Below are positions 20,186-32,370 of a stretch of DNA of 64,000 bases, one piece after another. The stretch spans positions 2,377,561-2,441,560 of the forward strand of contig CAWIUL010000011.1 in assembly GCA_963839305.1 (NCBI GenBank), read 5' to 3'. The translations under genes were made by a program, and so were the position numbers. Position 1 is the stretch's first letter. Each line of letters begins with the position of its first letter. A model generated the notes under the pieces. That model searched no databases and had not been told where the DNA came from. It saw nothing but the letters and a program-made list of their open reading frames with translations. This DNA comes from an uncultured delta proteobacterium (GTDB lineage Bacteria; Myxococcota_A; Polyangia; Polyangiales; Polyangiaceae).

Positions 20186-22309
20186 ATGACGACTTCAGCA
20201 GCCCGGACGGTGGCGGCTACGGGCCCCGACGGAACGATCCGCTTCGGCGACGGCGGGCTTCGGCGATGGCCAGTCGGCGCGCTCGACGATCACGCCCGCG
20301 AACTCGACGGTGAACGCGGCTACGGCTCCCCGGCGCCGTTCCAGTTCACGGCCAACGACGACGACGCGCCCGTCTCGCCGGCGTGGTCGATCGATCGCGG
20401 CGAGATCGGGACGATCGACATCTCGCGGCGTCTTCACGCCGCCGGCAACCTCGGCGGCAAGGCGACGATCACCGCGACCGCCGGCAACGGCGCGAAGGGC
20501 GCGACGACGGTGACGGTCGTCGTCACGTCGTGCAGAACGGCGATCCGAACGCGGGCGACGCGGGCGGCGGCGCGGGCGGCGCGGCGGCGTCGGCGGCGAA
20601 GGGCCCGGCGCGGCGGTGATCGCGGGAACGCATGGCGACGCTGCAACGGCACGCCGACGACGGATCCCGGGCTCGCGTTGCTCTATCCGTACGACCAGAC
20701 GGTGTGGCCGCGCGGCTTCCTCGCGCCGCTCCTCCAGTGGCAAGCCGGCGCGCAGGGCGACTACGACGCGGTCTACATCCACCTGCACAGAACGCGTTCG
20801 ACTACGAGGGCATCTTCGCGAAGACCGCGGCGCCGTTCATCCACCACCCGATCCCGCAGGCCGCATGGAAGCGCTGGCGGACTCGAACGCGGGCGAGAAC
20901 GTGACGGTCACGCTCGTCTTCTCGCGGGCGGCGTCGCGTACGGACCGATCACCGAGACGTGGAAGATCGCGCAGGGGCCGCTCAAGGGCACCGTCTATTA
21001 CAACTCGTACGGCACCAAGCTCGCGAAGAACTACTGCGCGCGGACGGCCGAGCACATCGTTCGGCGGCGCGACGCTCGCCATCACGGCGGCGTCGACCGA
21101 CCCGGTGCTCGTCGCCGGGCAACCGGGAGCAGTCCGCAGTGCCGCGTCTGCCACTCGGTCGCGGCCGACGGCTCGATGCTCGTCACCGAGCACGGCGACG
21201 ACTACAGCGACGACCAGCGCCTACGCGCTCAAGAACGGCAACGCCGAGACGGCCATGAGCCCCGGCGGACGGCCGCTTCGCCTTGGCCGGCGCTGTACCC
21301 GAACGGCACGTTCGTCTTCACGCAACGCGGCGCCGCTCGTCGCCGGCGTCGACGACACGGCCCGAGCGCGCTCTACGTGGTGCCGCGCGGCACGGCCATC
21401 GCCACGACCGGGCTTCCGGCCGGGCTTCGCGCGGGCACGCCGGCGTTCTCGCCCGACGGCAAGCACGTCGCGTTCAACTGGTACGGCGGCGCGGCGGGCG
21501 CGGACGGCGAAGTCGCTGGCGACGATGGACTTCGCGCCAGACTCGAACACGTTCATCGCGACCACCAGACGCTCGACACGCCGGCGTCGGGCACCGCGGA
21601 TCTGTATCCGGCTTCTTGCCGACGAACGACGCGCGTCGTCTTCGAGCACGAGACCGCGAACGACCGCGAGCTCGGCGGCGCACGCGCGCGACACGGCGTG
21701 CGCGCGCGGCGAGCTCTGGTGGGTCGACCTCACGACCCACAGCCGGCGTCACGCGCTCGACAAGCTCAACGGCAAGGGCTACCTGCCGACTCGGCGCGAA
21801 CGACCACGACGACGACGCGACGCTCAACTACGAGCCGACGGTGAACCCCGTCCCCTCGGGCGGCTACGCGTGGGTCGTCTTCACGAGCCGGCGCCTCTAC
21901 GGCAACGTCGCGACCATCAACCCGTTCTGGAGCGACCCGCGCTTCCACGACATCTCGCACGACGCCCACGCCGAAGAAGCTGTGGGTCGCGGCGATCGAC
22001 CTCAACGCGCGCGCCGGGCACCGATCCGAGCCACCCGGCGTTCTACCTGCCCGGCGCAGGAGCTCCTCGCCGGCAACTCGCGCGGCTACTGGGTCGTCGA
22101 TCCGTGCAAGCAGGACGGCACGAGCTGCGAGACCGGCGACGAGTGCTGCGGCGGCTACTGCCGCCGCGGGCGACGGCGGCCTCGTACTGCCAACCGCCGA
22201 CGGGTGGCTGCGCGCAGGAGTTCGAGAAGTGCACGACGACGGCGACTGCTGCGGCGGCGCTCAACCTTCGTGCATCAACGGGCGGTGCGCTCTCGCAAAT
22301 CCGAACTAG
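20186..22309 (+). pseudogene. Large secreted protein with a PD40/TolB-like beta-propeller signature and a Cys-rich C-terminal tail, at least 10 frameshifts
   Basis: Plausible segments alternate among all three plus-strand frames: 'APFQFTANDDDAPVSPAWSIDRGEIGTIDIS...ATITATAGNGAKGATTVTVVVTS', 'LLYPYDQTVWPRGFLAPLLQWQAGAQGDYDAVYIHLH', 'YGPITETWKIAQGPLKGTVYYNSYGTKLAKNYC', 'QCRVCHSVAADGSMLVTEHGDDYS', 'AFSPDGKHVAFNWYGG', 'TLNYEPTVNPVPSGGYAWVVFTSRRLYGNVATINPFWSDPRFHD' and 'YWVVDPCKQDGTSCETGDECCGGYC'. Confidence 0.45.
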
Positions 22310-22336
22310 CTTCACGCCCGAGCTTCCAGGCTACCG

Positions 22337-22853
22337 TTACGAACTCGTGCGCTTCGAGATCGTCCATGAGCTCGACATTCCGCTCGACGCCCTCGAGCTC
22401 GCGGTGATTTCTCCCGACTGTTCTGGGAGCTGAAGCTCGGCTCGCGAACATGGAGGACGATCACCAGAAGGAGCACCACCTCGAAGGCGGAGTCTTGATC
22501 GCGTGTTGGCTTCCAGGCGAACGTGAAGATCCCGTGCCCTGTTCGCGGACAAAGTCGTCACACGAGAGATGCTCTCGTGGGACGAGAGCACGACGTACGA
22601 TCCTGAAAGGCACGAAGCCGAATGGAGCGTCGAGCCCAACGTGAAGCCCGAATGGAAGAAATATTTCCAAGCAGAGGGCAAGTACCGCCTGTCGACGGAC
22701 GGACAGGGAAAGACGAAACGCACGGTCGAGGGCGAGCTTCTGTTGCGCGTTCCGATCGTGCACAAGCTCGGGGAACGCGCCATCCTCGGCGAAGTGCGTC
22801 GGATGTTCGACGCGGAAGCGGAAACGCTCCGCGACATGGCGACGCTCGTCTAG
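22337..22853 (+). pseudogene. Small SRPBCC-like (DUF2505-like) hypothetical protein, frameshifted, in a locally lower-GC segment
   Basis: The C-terminal 94-aa ORF 22569..22853 ('...WSVEPNVKPEWKKYFQAEGKYRLSTDGQGKTKRTVEGELLLRVPIVHKLGERAILGEVRRMFDAEAETLRDMATLV') has normal composition. The N-terminal part ('YRYELVRFEIVHELDIPLDALELAV') is in another frame. Confidence 0.3.
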
Positions 22854-22860
22854 GACACCA

Positions 22861-25398
22861 TGAAAAATCGCTTGCCGGCTGCGCGTTCGTGCTGTCGATG
22901 TTGGTCGTGAGCGGCGCGCGCGCCGATGCGCCAGAGCCGCAGCGCGCGACGCGCCTCGACTCGTTCGGGCGAAGCGCCGCGAGCGAGGACGGCGCCGAGG
23001 CGATCCGGATCAATCCGGCGAACCTCGGTTGGACCCCTGCGTGGGAGCTTCGCTACGACGGCGTTTATTGTGAGGGCACGAGAAGATCAACTGCGGCCAC
23101 GCGCTCGAAGCCTCGACGCCGCTCTGGTTCGGGTTCGCGACCGGCGCGCGCGTCGACTACGTGCTCACGCCGAGCACGGCCGATCCGATCTATCGCAGGT
23201 CGAGCTACACGTGGCTCACGTGGGCGCTCGGCGTGGAAACCTCGGCGACACGTTCTCGTTCGGCGGGTCGCTCCAGGGCGCGCTCTCGGGCGACGCGCTC
23301 TTCAACGGGCTCTTCGGCGTCACGCCGGCGCGAGCTTCCGACCCGATCCGCACCTCGGGCTCTCGTTCGTCGCGCAGGATTTGAACCGACCGAAGACGAC
23401 GCCGCTGCCGAACGGGCAGCCGGTGCTCGATCGCAGCTACACGCTCGCGGTGGCGTTTCGTCCGACGGGCAAGCGCGGCTTCGAGATCGGCGTCGACATG
23501 CGATACCTCGAGGGCGCGGACGATGCCGGCGGCGATCTGTGGCTCCCGCGCGCGACGGTCGCGATCGACATCCCGGCGTCGGTCGCGCGCGCGGCGACTT
23601 CGAGATCTCGCACCTCGCGAACGACGCGCGGCGCGGCGTCGTCGGCGAGCGCGCGGCTCGAGGTCTCGTTCGGGACGTCACCGCGGGCGGCGGCGCGCTC
23701 TTCGGCAACGGCCTCGGCGGCCACGAGCGTCGGCGAGTACGCCACGCGTCTCGTATCAGGGCGTACACCAGCCGGGCGTGCCCCTCCCTGAAGCGCGCGG
23801 TGTCGATCCGCATCGAGAGGACGCCGGGCACGCGCGACCACGTCGCGCTCTTGCGCAAGCTCTGGCGCCTCGCGGAGGACGCGCGACGTCGCGCGGTCGT
23901 CCTCGTGATGCGCACCGAGCCGGCGGCGTCGTTCGCGCACGCCGAGGAGCTCGCCGACGCGTTCCGCGTGCTCCGCGCGCGCGGCAAGAAGGTCCTCTGC
24001 CGCTTCGAGGACAGCGGGCCGAAGGCGCTCTACGTCTGCGCGAACGCCGACCGCATCGTCGTGAACCCCGCGGGCGGCATCCGCTACTCGGGCCTCAGGA
24101 CGCAGTACTTCTACCTCGCGCGGCTTGCTCGACGAAGCTCGGCATCAAGGCCGAGTTCGTGCGCATCGGCGCGCACAAGAGCGCGCCCGAGCAGTTCACG
24201 AACGAGCACGCGAGCGACGTCGCGCGCGCCGACCACGAGGACTTCCTCCGCCAGGTCGAGGCGGTCTTCGTGCAGAACCTCGCGCATCGACCGCCACATG
24301 CCCGAGGAGCGCATGCGCGCGGCGACCGCGCAAGGGTCCGTTCATCGCGAGCGAGGCGCAGCGAAGCGGGGTTCGTCGACGGCTTCGCGTTCGACGACGA
24401 GATCGAGCGCGTCGACGCAGCGAGCTGGTCGGGCACGCACGTGTCGGCTACGAGAAGTTCGAGGACGCGACCCGAAGGGCCCGACGACGTTCGGCTCGCG
24501 CGAACAAGGTCGCGATCCTCTACGTCGACGGCGACATGGTCGACGGCCGCTCGCAGCACGATCCCGCTCCTCGACATGCGAGCTCGTCGGCTCGTACACG
24601 ATCGCCGAGACGGTCGAAGAAGCTGCGCGACGACCCGAGCATCAAGGCGGTCGTCCTGCGCATCGAGAGCCCCGGCGGCTCGTCGATGGCGGCGGACGTG
24701 ATGTGGCGCGAGCTGCAGCTCCTCGCGCGAGAAGAAGCCGCTCATCGTCTGGATGGGCAGCGTCGCCGCGAGCGGCGGCTACTACATCGCCGCGCCGGCA
24801 AGGACGATCTTCGCGCTGCCGCTGACGATCACCGGATCGATCGGCATCTTCTACGGCAAGGCCGACGTGAGCGGGCTCCTCGCGAAGATCGGCGTCAGCA
24901 TCGAGACGTACAAGACCGACGCCGCGCGCGGACGCGGAGTCGCTCTTCCGCGCCGTTCACCGAGGACGAGAGAAGCGAGCTCGCAGCACAAGGTGCACCA
25001 GTTCTACGACGTGTTCCTCGACCGCGTCGCGCGAGGGCCGCCACATGACGAAGGAAGAGGTCGACGCGGTCGGCCAGGGGCGCGTGTGGATGGGGCAGCA
25101 GGCGCTCGAGCAACAGCTCGTCGACAAGATGGGCGGCCTCCGCGAGGCGCTCGAGGCGGCGCGCGCGCTCGCGGGGCTGCCGACGACGCGCCGATCGTCG
25201 AGTACCCGGCATGGAGCCCACGCTTGCTCGAGATCGCGCTCGGCCTGAATCAAGGTCGCACGCGATCTCGATCGAAGGGCTGCCCGTGCAGGTGCGGGAC
25301 ATCGCGCGCGCGATCGCGCCGATGGCGGTCTACACGCGGGATGTGCCGCTCGCGCGCACCGAGTGGGTGCCGCTCGACGAGAACCCCGCGAAGGAGTG
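22861..25398 (+). pseudogene. sppA: Signal peptide peptidase SppA (protease IV, long 67K form with two S49 domains), about 8 or more frameshifts
   Basis: There is an N-terminal signal/TM segment. The segments 'VLVMRTEPAASFAHAEELADAFRVLRARGKKVLCRFEDSGPKALYVCANADRIVVNPAGGIRYSGL', 'VAILYVDGDMVDGRS', 'IKAVVLRIESPGGSSMAADVMWRELQLLA', 'WMGSVAASGGYYIAAPARTIFALPLTITGSIGIFYGKADVSGLLAKIGVSIETYKTDA' and 'MTKEEVDAVGQGRVWMGQQALEQQLVDKMGGLREALEAARALAGLP' are spread over three frames. Confidence 0.7.
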
Positions 25399-25402
25399 AG
25401 GA

Positions 25403-25804
25403 TCACTTCGGCGTGACGCCGAATCGTTCTTCGAGCGCCGCGACGCGCGCGTCGAGCTCGTCGAGCTTCTCGCGTCGAACGAGCTGGAGCTTCATGTCGA
25501 TGAGCTCGAGCTTGAGCGTCTGGATGTCCTTGGAGCTTTGACGAACGACGTCCTCCAGGAGCGCGATTCGCGCGGTAAGTCTTGCCTCGAGCGAGTCGAT
25601 CTTTCGCTCGAGCTGCTCGCGCGTGGACGTGAGCGCCTCGGCGAGGCCTCGCACGTGCGACTCGACGCGCTCGACGGACGCGCCCACAGCGCGAATGTTG
25701 TCGCTCAGCACCACGAAAGCGTGCTCGAGGTCCGTCTTCGTCACGAGCGTTTGAAGGTGCGCTTCGAGCTCTTTTCGGGTCACGAAGTCCGAACCAGTGG
25801 ACAT
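25403..25804 (-). CDS. Small coiled-coil protein (DUF1640/XhlA-like), intact
   Basis: The ATG at 25804 gives 'MSTGSDFVTRKELEAHLQTLVTKTDLEHAFVVLSDNIRAVGASVERVESHVRGLAEALTSTREQLERKIDSLEARLTARIALLEDVVRQSSKDIQTLKLELIDMKLQLVRREKLDELDARVAALEERFGVTPK'. It is convergent with sppA. Confidence 0.5.
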   Translation of the reverse strand: MSTGSDFVTRKELEAHLQTLVTKTDLEHAFVVLSDNIRAVGASVERVESHVRGLAEALTSTREQLERKIDSLEARLTARIALLEDVVRQSSKDIQTLKLELIDMKLQLVRREKLDELDARVAALEERFGVTPK

Positions 25805-25862
25805 GCTCTCTCCTAAATCCGCGACCGCGCGTCCGCAACGCTCGACCGCGGCTGTGGACAAT

Positions 25863-26770
25863 TCACGCAACGTGCCGCGCGAATCCACCGAGAAACACGC
25901 TCCGTCGACCTGGCCTCGCCAGGCACGCGCCTGGCGCTGGGCCAGTCACGCGCGGCGGAGCGTGATTCGACGATCGCCGGCGCGACGCCGAGGCGCATCG
26001 GCGGGCCCGTCGTGCCGAGACCGGGGTGCACGTAGAGCGTCGCCGCCCGCTCGGTAGAGCCGAGGTGGTAGTGGTGCGCGAGCGTGCGAGGCGAGCCTCG
26101 CGCGCGAGGAACGGCACCGCGATCTGGCCGCCGTGGGTGTGCCCGCTCAGCGTGAGGTCGACGTCCTCGCTTCGCGGCCGCTGCGGAAGCTCGTCGGGAT
26201 CGTGCGCGAGGAGCACCGTGGGCGCGCCGTCGGGGCGCGCTCGCGCAGCGCGCGCGTCGAGGTCGTCGCGGCGCGTCCACGTGTCGTCGATGGCTGCAAG
26301 ATACACGCGTTCCGCCGCCGCTCGAGCACGCCCCTCGTTGCGCAGCACGCGGACGCCGCGCTGGCGCAGGAGCGAGATGAGCGGCTCGCCGTCGCCGAAG
26401 TAGTCGTGGTTGCCCATCGAGACGAAGACGCCGTCCTTCGCGCGCGAGCGCGCCGAGCGACGTGCGCGATGTCCTCGTGGAACGCGGTGCCGCTCGTCAC
26501 CATGTCGCCGGTGACGACGGCGAGGTCCGGCGCGCGCGCGTTCGCCGCGCGCGCCCAGCGCTCGCCCCACGACTGCGGCGTGAGCGCGCCGATGTGCAGA
26601 TCGGAGAGGTGCGCGATGCGGTAGCCGTCGAAGCGCGCGTCGAGGCCCTCGCATCGCGAACGTCGACTCCTTGACGAGGAACCAGCGGCGGCGAGACGAG
26701 GATGCCGTACGCCGCGACGAGCGCGAGCCCGATCGACGTACGTCCGCGATGTACGCCCCCGGGACCGGAT
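25863..26770 (-). pseudogene. Membrane-anchored metallophosphoesterase (calcineurin-like, YkuE-like), at least 2 frameshifts
   Basis: 'RFDGYRIAHLSDLHIGALTPQSWGERWARAANARAPDLAVVTGDMV' then shifts to 'VFVSMGNHDYFGDGEPLISLLRQRGVRVLRNEG...LLAHDPDELPQ...LTLSGHTHGGQIAVPF' and then to 'YHLGSTERAATLYVHPGLGT'. There is an N-terminal TM segment, 'IGLALVAAYGILVSPP'. Confidence 0.6.
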
Positions 26771-27559
26771 CGGCGCGCCGCGAACGACATCCACGACGGG
26801 CGACGATCGCGACGACGAAGATCGAGGCGACGATCGTGAAGACGCACGCGCACCAGTGGACGAAGTACGGGATGTCGACGAGCGAGACGAGAGCGGCCCG
26901 CGCGCGGCGACGTCGACCAGCGCGCGCGCGAGCGCGCCCGACGAAGAGGACGCCGCACGCCGATACACGAGCACGATCGCGCCGACGAGCGCACGGCGAG
27001 CCGAGGTGCGCGGGCGACCGCGACGGCGCGCGACTGCGACCGCGGGCGCGAACTGCGAGACGTCGTGATCGCGAGGAGGACGCGGCAGGAAGCGCGACAT
27101 GCGCGGCCGGCGGCCGATCGCGCGCGTGGCGGCGCGCGGCGGAGGCGCGCTCGACTCGGCGCGGGGATCGTGGCGCTCGACATCGGACGTGCGCTCAGGG
27201 CAGCAGCACCTTCGATGACCGCGCCGTCGTCGCAGACCGCGCGGACGAGGCGCGAGCCCGCCCAGATCGCGACGACGTTCGGCGTGATGCCGACAGTCGC
27301 CGCGTCATGCGCAGCCACCCGCTGCCGTGCGGCGGAGCACGCGCGCCTGCGCGCGCCGGCCCAGCTCGCGCCGTCGCTCGCCGACGAAGAGCGCGAGCAG
27401 GTCGCGCGTGGTCTGCACCGCCTCGAGCTGCGCGTCGAGCGCGGGCGTGAGCGAGAGCGCGTGGCCGCCGGCGCCGACCGTGACCGCGCCGCCGTCGGGC
27501 GAGCGCGCGATCGCCGTGGAGATGCCCGGCGCAGAGCGTGCCGACGATCCGCGATGCCG

Positions 27560-29390
27560 TCATGTCGAGGCGGACGAGCGACGCCATCGTCGCCGCACGC
27601 GACGAACGTCCCGAAGATGAGGCGCGTGACCGCGCGGAGGCGCGTCGTGCACGGCGACGTCCTCCACGAGCGTGATGCGGCCGGCCTTCGAACTGCGCGA
27701 CGCGCCGACGTGCTGCCGGCCTGCGCGCGCTGGCGCTGCGACGGGGCGCTCGCCGACGAGCGTCGAGCGACGCCGGCGTCGTCCACGTGACCGCCGTGGA
27801 ACGTCGACCTCCGCGATCGGGCACCGGCCAGCACCTCGAACGCGCCGATCGCGCTGAGACGCACGAGCAGCCCGCCCGTGCCGAAGAGGAGCGCCTCGCC
27901 CCGCGGCAGGCCACGACGCCGCGGATGCGACGCGCGTCGAAGCCAGGCGGCAGAGCGATGCCGATCCACGTGCCCGCGCTCCCAGCGCGCGACGCCGTTC
28001 GGCGCCGACGCCGATCGCGGACGCTCGCGTCCTCCGCGAACGCCGCCGCGCGCACCATGCCGGGCTTGATCGCTCGGCGTGGCCACGCGCCAAAGCCAGA
28101 GGCCGGATCGGACGTGTCGCCGCGGGGACGCCGGGTACGGCGGGCTCGGCGGAGCTCGCTTGCGGCGACACGGCGACGGGCATGTGCGGGATCGGCGACG
28201 GCGCAGACGGCCGCGTCTTGCTCGCCGCGAGCATCACCGGCAAGTTGCGCGGACGCTCGAACGCGGGACGATCGCCGGAACTTGGCCGCGGCAGGAGCGA
28301 CGCGGCCACGTTCGACACGACGCGGGGACGGTCTCCGCGAACGGGAGCGCGCGCGAGGCGGGCGGCGGCGTCGACGCGCTTCTCTCCGCGGCCGCTTTCG
28401 AGGATCGGCTCGATCGCGCGAGAAGAACTCCTTCACCGTCTCGTGGCGCGCGTCCGGATCGGCGGCGAGCGCGCGGCTGATGCTGCGTGTCGAGGACGCG
28501 CGATCAGGTCGGCGCGCGATCGCGAGCTCGGGCGGCGAGCGACTCGCGCGTCTTCGCGAGCTGCGGGCGCGGCCCGTTCAGGATGCGCGTGACGATGAGC
28601 AGCGGGTTCTCGCCCTCGCGGTACGGGAACGCCGGCTTGCCGGTGAGCATCTCGACGACGATCGCCGCGAGCGAGAACACGTCGGTGCGCGGCGCTGACG
28701 CGCTGGTTGCCCTGCTCGTACTGCTCCGGCGGCGCGTAGCCGAGCGACGCGCCCGCGAGCGTCGCCGTGCGCTGCAGGTTCACGTCGACGAGCTTCACGA
28801 GGCCGAAGTCGGTGACCTTCGCGACCTCGCCGCCCGCTTCGTTCGCGAGCAGGATGTTCGACGGCTTGAGATCGCGGTGAACGACCTTCTGCGCGTGCAC
28901 GACCTCGAGCGCCTGCGAGACCTGGCGCATGATGCGGCGCGCGCGCTCGACCGGCAGGCCGCGCCCGGGCGTCTGCGTCGAGCACCTGCTCGAGCGTCGG
29001 CCCGTTGACGTACTCGAGCACGGTGAACGGCAGCGTGATCGACTCGCCGCCGACGGCGACGTGATCACCGCGATCGCGTGATCGAAGAACCGAACGATGT
29101 GCGGGTTCGGCTGCGCCTGCTGCGAGAGCATGCGCAGCACGTCCGCCTCGCGCTGGAAGCGGTGGAGCGCCTCCGTCGTTGACCGCGTCGGGGCGCAGCA
29201 CCTTGACGATGACGACGAAGCCCGCCCGGCTCGTCCCAGTTCGCGCGTGAAGACCCAACCCTGGCCGCCCTCGCCGATGCGCTCGCGGATGTGGTACGTG
29301 AACCCGCCCGCTCCGCGCGGACTGCCGACGACCGGTCTCGGATGAGGCTGGCGCGGGTCAGACGCGATCGGGAGCCTCGCGGGTCGTTGG
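27560..29390 (-). pseudogene. Eukaryotic-type Ser/Thr protein kinase with a long low-complexity C-terminal region, at least 3 frameshifts
   Basis: The kinase subdomains 'YHIRERIGEGGQGWVF', 'VVIVKVLRP', 'FTVLEYVNGPTLEQVL', 'VVHRDLKPSNILLANEAGGEVAKVTDFGLVKLV', 'GYAPPEQYEQGNQ' and 'SDVFSLAAIVVEM' sit in different frames. Confidence 0.65.
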
Positions 29391-29419
29391 CCCGCCAGCA
29401 AGGCCGCCGTCAGCCTCTC

Positions 29420-29740
29420 GAGGAGCTTGAGCAGAGTCTCTTTGTTGGTGACGCCGACGTGCTGGCCTTTACCTCACCCGCCCTTGAAGACCATCACCGT
29501 GGGAACGCCGCGGATGCCGTACTTCTGACGTGATGCCCGGCGCAGTCGTCGATGTCGAGCTTGCCGACCTTGTACTTGCCGACGTTCTCGTCCGCGATCT
29601 TCTCGACGACCGGCGCGAGCATGCTTGCAGGGGCCGCACCACGTGGCGGTGAAGTCGACGAGCACGGGCGCGTCCGCGCGGAGCACCTCGCTGTCGAAAT
29701 TCGCATCCGAGATCGTGACGACGTTGCTACTGCCAGCCAT
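29420..29740 (-). pseudogene. trxA: Thioredoxin, 2 frameshifts
   Basis: '[39 protein letters not shown]' shifts to '[26 protein letters not shown]' and then to '[16 protein letters not shown]'. Confidence 0.7.
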
Positions 29741-29773
29741 TGAATTCTCCTCTCGAGAGTCTCCGTAAGTTAC

Positions 29774-30865
29774 TCACGGGCGGGGCGAAAATCCAGAAGC
29801 GCCCGGCCCTCCGTCCAGGCTCGCTGGTCTTTCGGGTAGGGATCTGGGTGCTGGAGCGAAGGCGGAGGCGAGGATCGCGCGGGCTGCGCGGGTCATTTCG
29901 GTGGCCGGCGCCGACACCGAGGCGTCCAGCGTCGGACCGTGGGTCTCGAGCCGCACCGCGTCGAGAATGCCGGAAATCCCCGCGAAACGCGCTGCCGGCT
30001 CTCCCGCGAGCGTTTTGCGTCGGCGGTCGAGGAAGTCCCGAAGCGTCTCGCAGGCCGCGTCCGTCTCGCATTCGAGCTCGGCGAAGACGTCCAGCTGCTC
30101 GTCGCGAGACGCGACGGAGAGCGCGACGGCGCGGACCGAAGGATCGCGTTCATCGTCGCCGTCTTTGATTCCGAGGACGCGGCTTCGTCGGCCATGTCGT
30201 TCTTGAGCCGGTCGCGCAACGATTTCGGCAGGACGGCCGTGGCGACGAGGATCGCCGCGCCGTGCGCGCGCGCGATCGCCTCCTTGCGAAGCGCGGCGTG
30301 CTCCGAGTCCGACTCGGCGCGCGGCGAGGCTCCGTCGAGCGCGCCTTGCATCGTCGCGAGGTAATCCCCGCGCGCGACGAGGAGCGGAGAGCCGTCGCGG
30401 TATGCGATCTTCGGACGCGTCGCCTCGCTCAGGATGCCTTCCTGCTCGAGCACGGTCCACGAGCCCCTTTGCGTGAAGCGCGGCGTCGCGCTGCGGATGC
30501 TCATGACGCGCTCGGCGCACTTGGCGAGATCGGCCTCGGCGAGGTCGTGCGTGATCGCGACGCCGAAGACGCCGTCGGGCTTCTCGGGGACGCCGATCGC
30601 GATCGACTTGGCGTGCGCGAGCGGATCGAAGCCGCACTCCTGCGAGACGTCGTTCACTTCCCGCAGCGCGGAGAGCTCGTGCGCGAGCGGAGACTCGCGC
30701 AGCTTCACGAGGTCGAGCGTCGCGAACAAAACGCGCCTTGCGGGATCGCCGACGACGCAGTGCGATCGCGCGCGGCAGGCGCGAGGAAGAACGCGCCCGC
30801 GATCGAGAGCGCGAGCACGACCGCGAGGACGAGCACGTTGCGTTGACGCGTCGTCAGCTTCTTCA
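29774..30865 (-). pseudogene. Hypothetical secreted protein (signal peptide), 2 frameshifts
   Basis: The ATG at 30865 gives 'MKKLTTRQRNVLVLAVVLALSIAGAFFLAPAA'. The body is '...LFATLDLVKLRESPLAHELSALREVNDVSQECGFDPLAHAKSIAIGVPEKPDGVFGVAITHDLAEADLAKCAERVMSIRSATPRFTQRGSWTVLEQEG...' with a shifted C-terminus 'LDVFAELECETDAACETLRDFLDRRRKTLAGEP'. Confidence 0.45.
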
Positions 30866-30940
30866 TCGCCTAGCCGCGCAGCCTAACATCACGAAGCCCG
30901 GAATCTTGACGCCACAACGGAAGAAGCGGACTCTTTCGCC

Positions 30941-31198
30941 ATGCTCGTGGTCCTGGGCATCGCCGCGATGGTCGTGGTCGTCATCGGCGTGGTCGTCGTG
31001 ATGGCGCTCGCGCGAAAACAGGTCGAGCGAGACGAGGCGCCGGCGAGCGAGAAAGGCGATTTCGTCGCGCCCGTCAGCTCGGGGGCTTATCGCTTCCGTC
31101 AACCGGACGAGTCGCCCGAGGACTTCAAAGCACGCGTCGCTCGAGAGAACGAGGAGATCGCTTCGAGCGGTCGTGGAGAGCAACCGCAGACGAAGTGA
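30941..31198 (+). CDS. Small membrane protein (85 aa, one TM helix), intact
   Basis: 'MLVVLGIAAMVVVVIGVVVVMALARKQVERDEAPASEKGDFVAPVSSGAYRFRQPDESPEDFKARVARENEEIASSGRGEQPQTK' has high GC3 and no composition bias. Confidence 0.45.
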   Translation: MLVVLGIAAMVVVVIGVVVVMALARKQVERDEAPASEKGDFVAPVSSGAYRFRQPDESPEDFKARVARENEEIASSGRGEQPQTK

Positions 31199-32204
31199 CG
31201 CGCTTGCGTGACTCGTGGCGCAGGATTTCGAGCGCCTCGACGGCCATGCGAACCGCGAGCGGACCGAGGAGCGCGCCCCACGCGCCGAACGCGGCTATGC
31301 CGCCGATCATCGAGACGAGCACGACGAGCATCGGGAGCTGGAGGTGCCCGAACCGCGCGAGCAGCGGGCGCACGAAGTTGTCGATGAGGCTGATCACGAC
31401 CGCGCCCATGAACCCGATCGCAGTCGCGCGCGCGTAGTCGCCCGTGACGGCGAGCTCGATCGCGAGCGGGATCCACACGAGGCCGGTGCCTATGGCGGGG
31501 ACGAAGGACGCGACCGCCGTGAGCGGCCCGAGCAGCCACGCGCGCGGGACGCCGAGCGCGACGTACGTGATCGTCGCGGTGGTGCCTTGAACGAGCGCGG
31601 TACCACCGCCGCTCACGATGATGCCGCGACCGGTCTCGTGGAACGCGCGCGCGAGGCGCGTGAACGCGCGGTGCGGGATCGGCGCGTGCGCGAGCATCCA
31701 CCGGTAGCTCTTAGGCCGTGCGCCGTGAACGAGTAGAGCGCGGTGACGAAGACGACGAGCCAGAGGAGCACCCACATCGAGACCTGGGCGACGGCCAGGC
31801 CCGCGCGCCACGTGTTCGCCGGGATAGCGCGTCGCGAGGTGGAGCCAGTCGCGGAACGTGTTCGTGTGCGAGCCGTCGCCGCCGAGGAGCACCGCCGAGA
31901 TCGGCTCTTGGCCTTCGTATGCGGCGCGGAGGCGGAAGAGGAGGTCGTGCACGCCGTCGATGACGCCGACGGTGAGCGCGATGACGGGCGCGAGGACGAC
32001 GACGACGAGGAGCGAGACGATGACCGCGGCGCCGCGACGCTGGCCGCGGAGGATCCGCTGGAAGCGGTGGACCACCGGCTGAAGCAGCGCGGCGACCCAC
32101 GCGGCCAGCACGAGCGGCGACCAGAACGGCGCGATCGTGATCGCCGCGGCGATCGCGAGCGCGAGCGTCACGAGGCGAAGCGTCGATCGCGGCACGTCCG
32201 TCAT
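31125..32204 (-). pseudogene. AI-2E family transporter (PerM/YhhT, UPF0118), 2 compensating frameshifts within about 100 nt
   Basis: The 359-aa ORF has the typical TM topology. A local stretch '[15 protein letters not shown]..' is out of frame, while the alternate frame reads '[32 protein letters not shown]'. Confidence 0.6.
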
Positions 32205-32370
32205 GCGACCATCAACAAGGGAAAATCGTGCCGACCCGCGCGGCGGCGATTACGGCCGAAGCTTTCGCGTCCCGCGCGCGCCTCCTGCGGTCGCGCTGCA
32301 AACGATGCGGCCGCGCTTCAGCCGTTTCGTCGCGTAAAGCACAGGTACGCGCCTTGCGACTCGAAATGCG

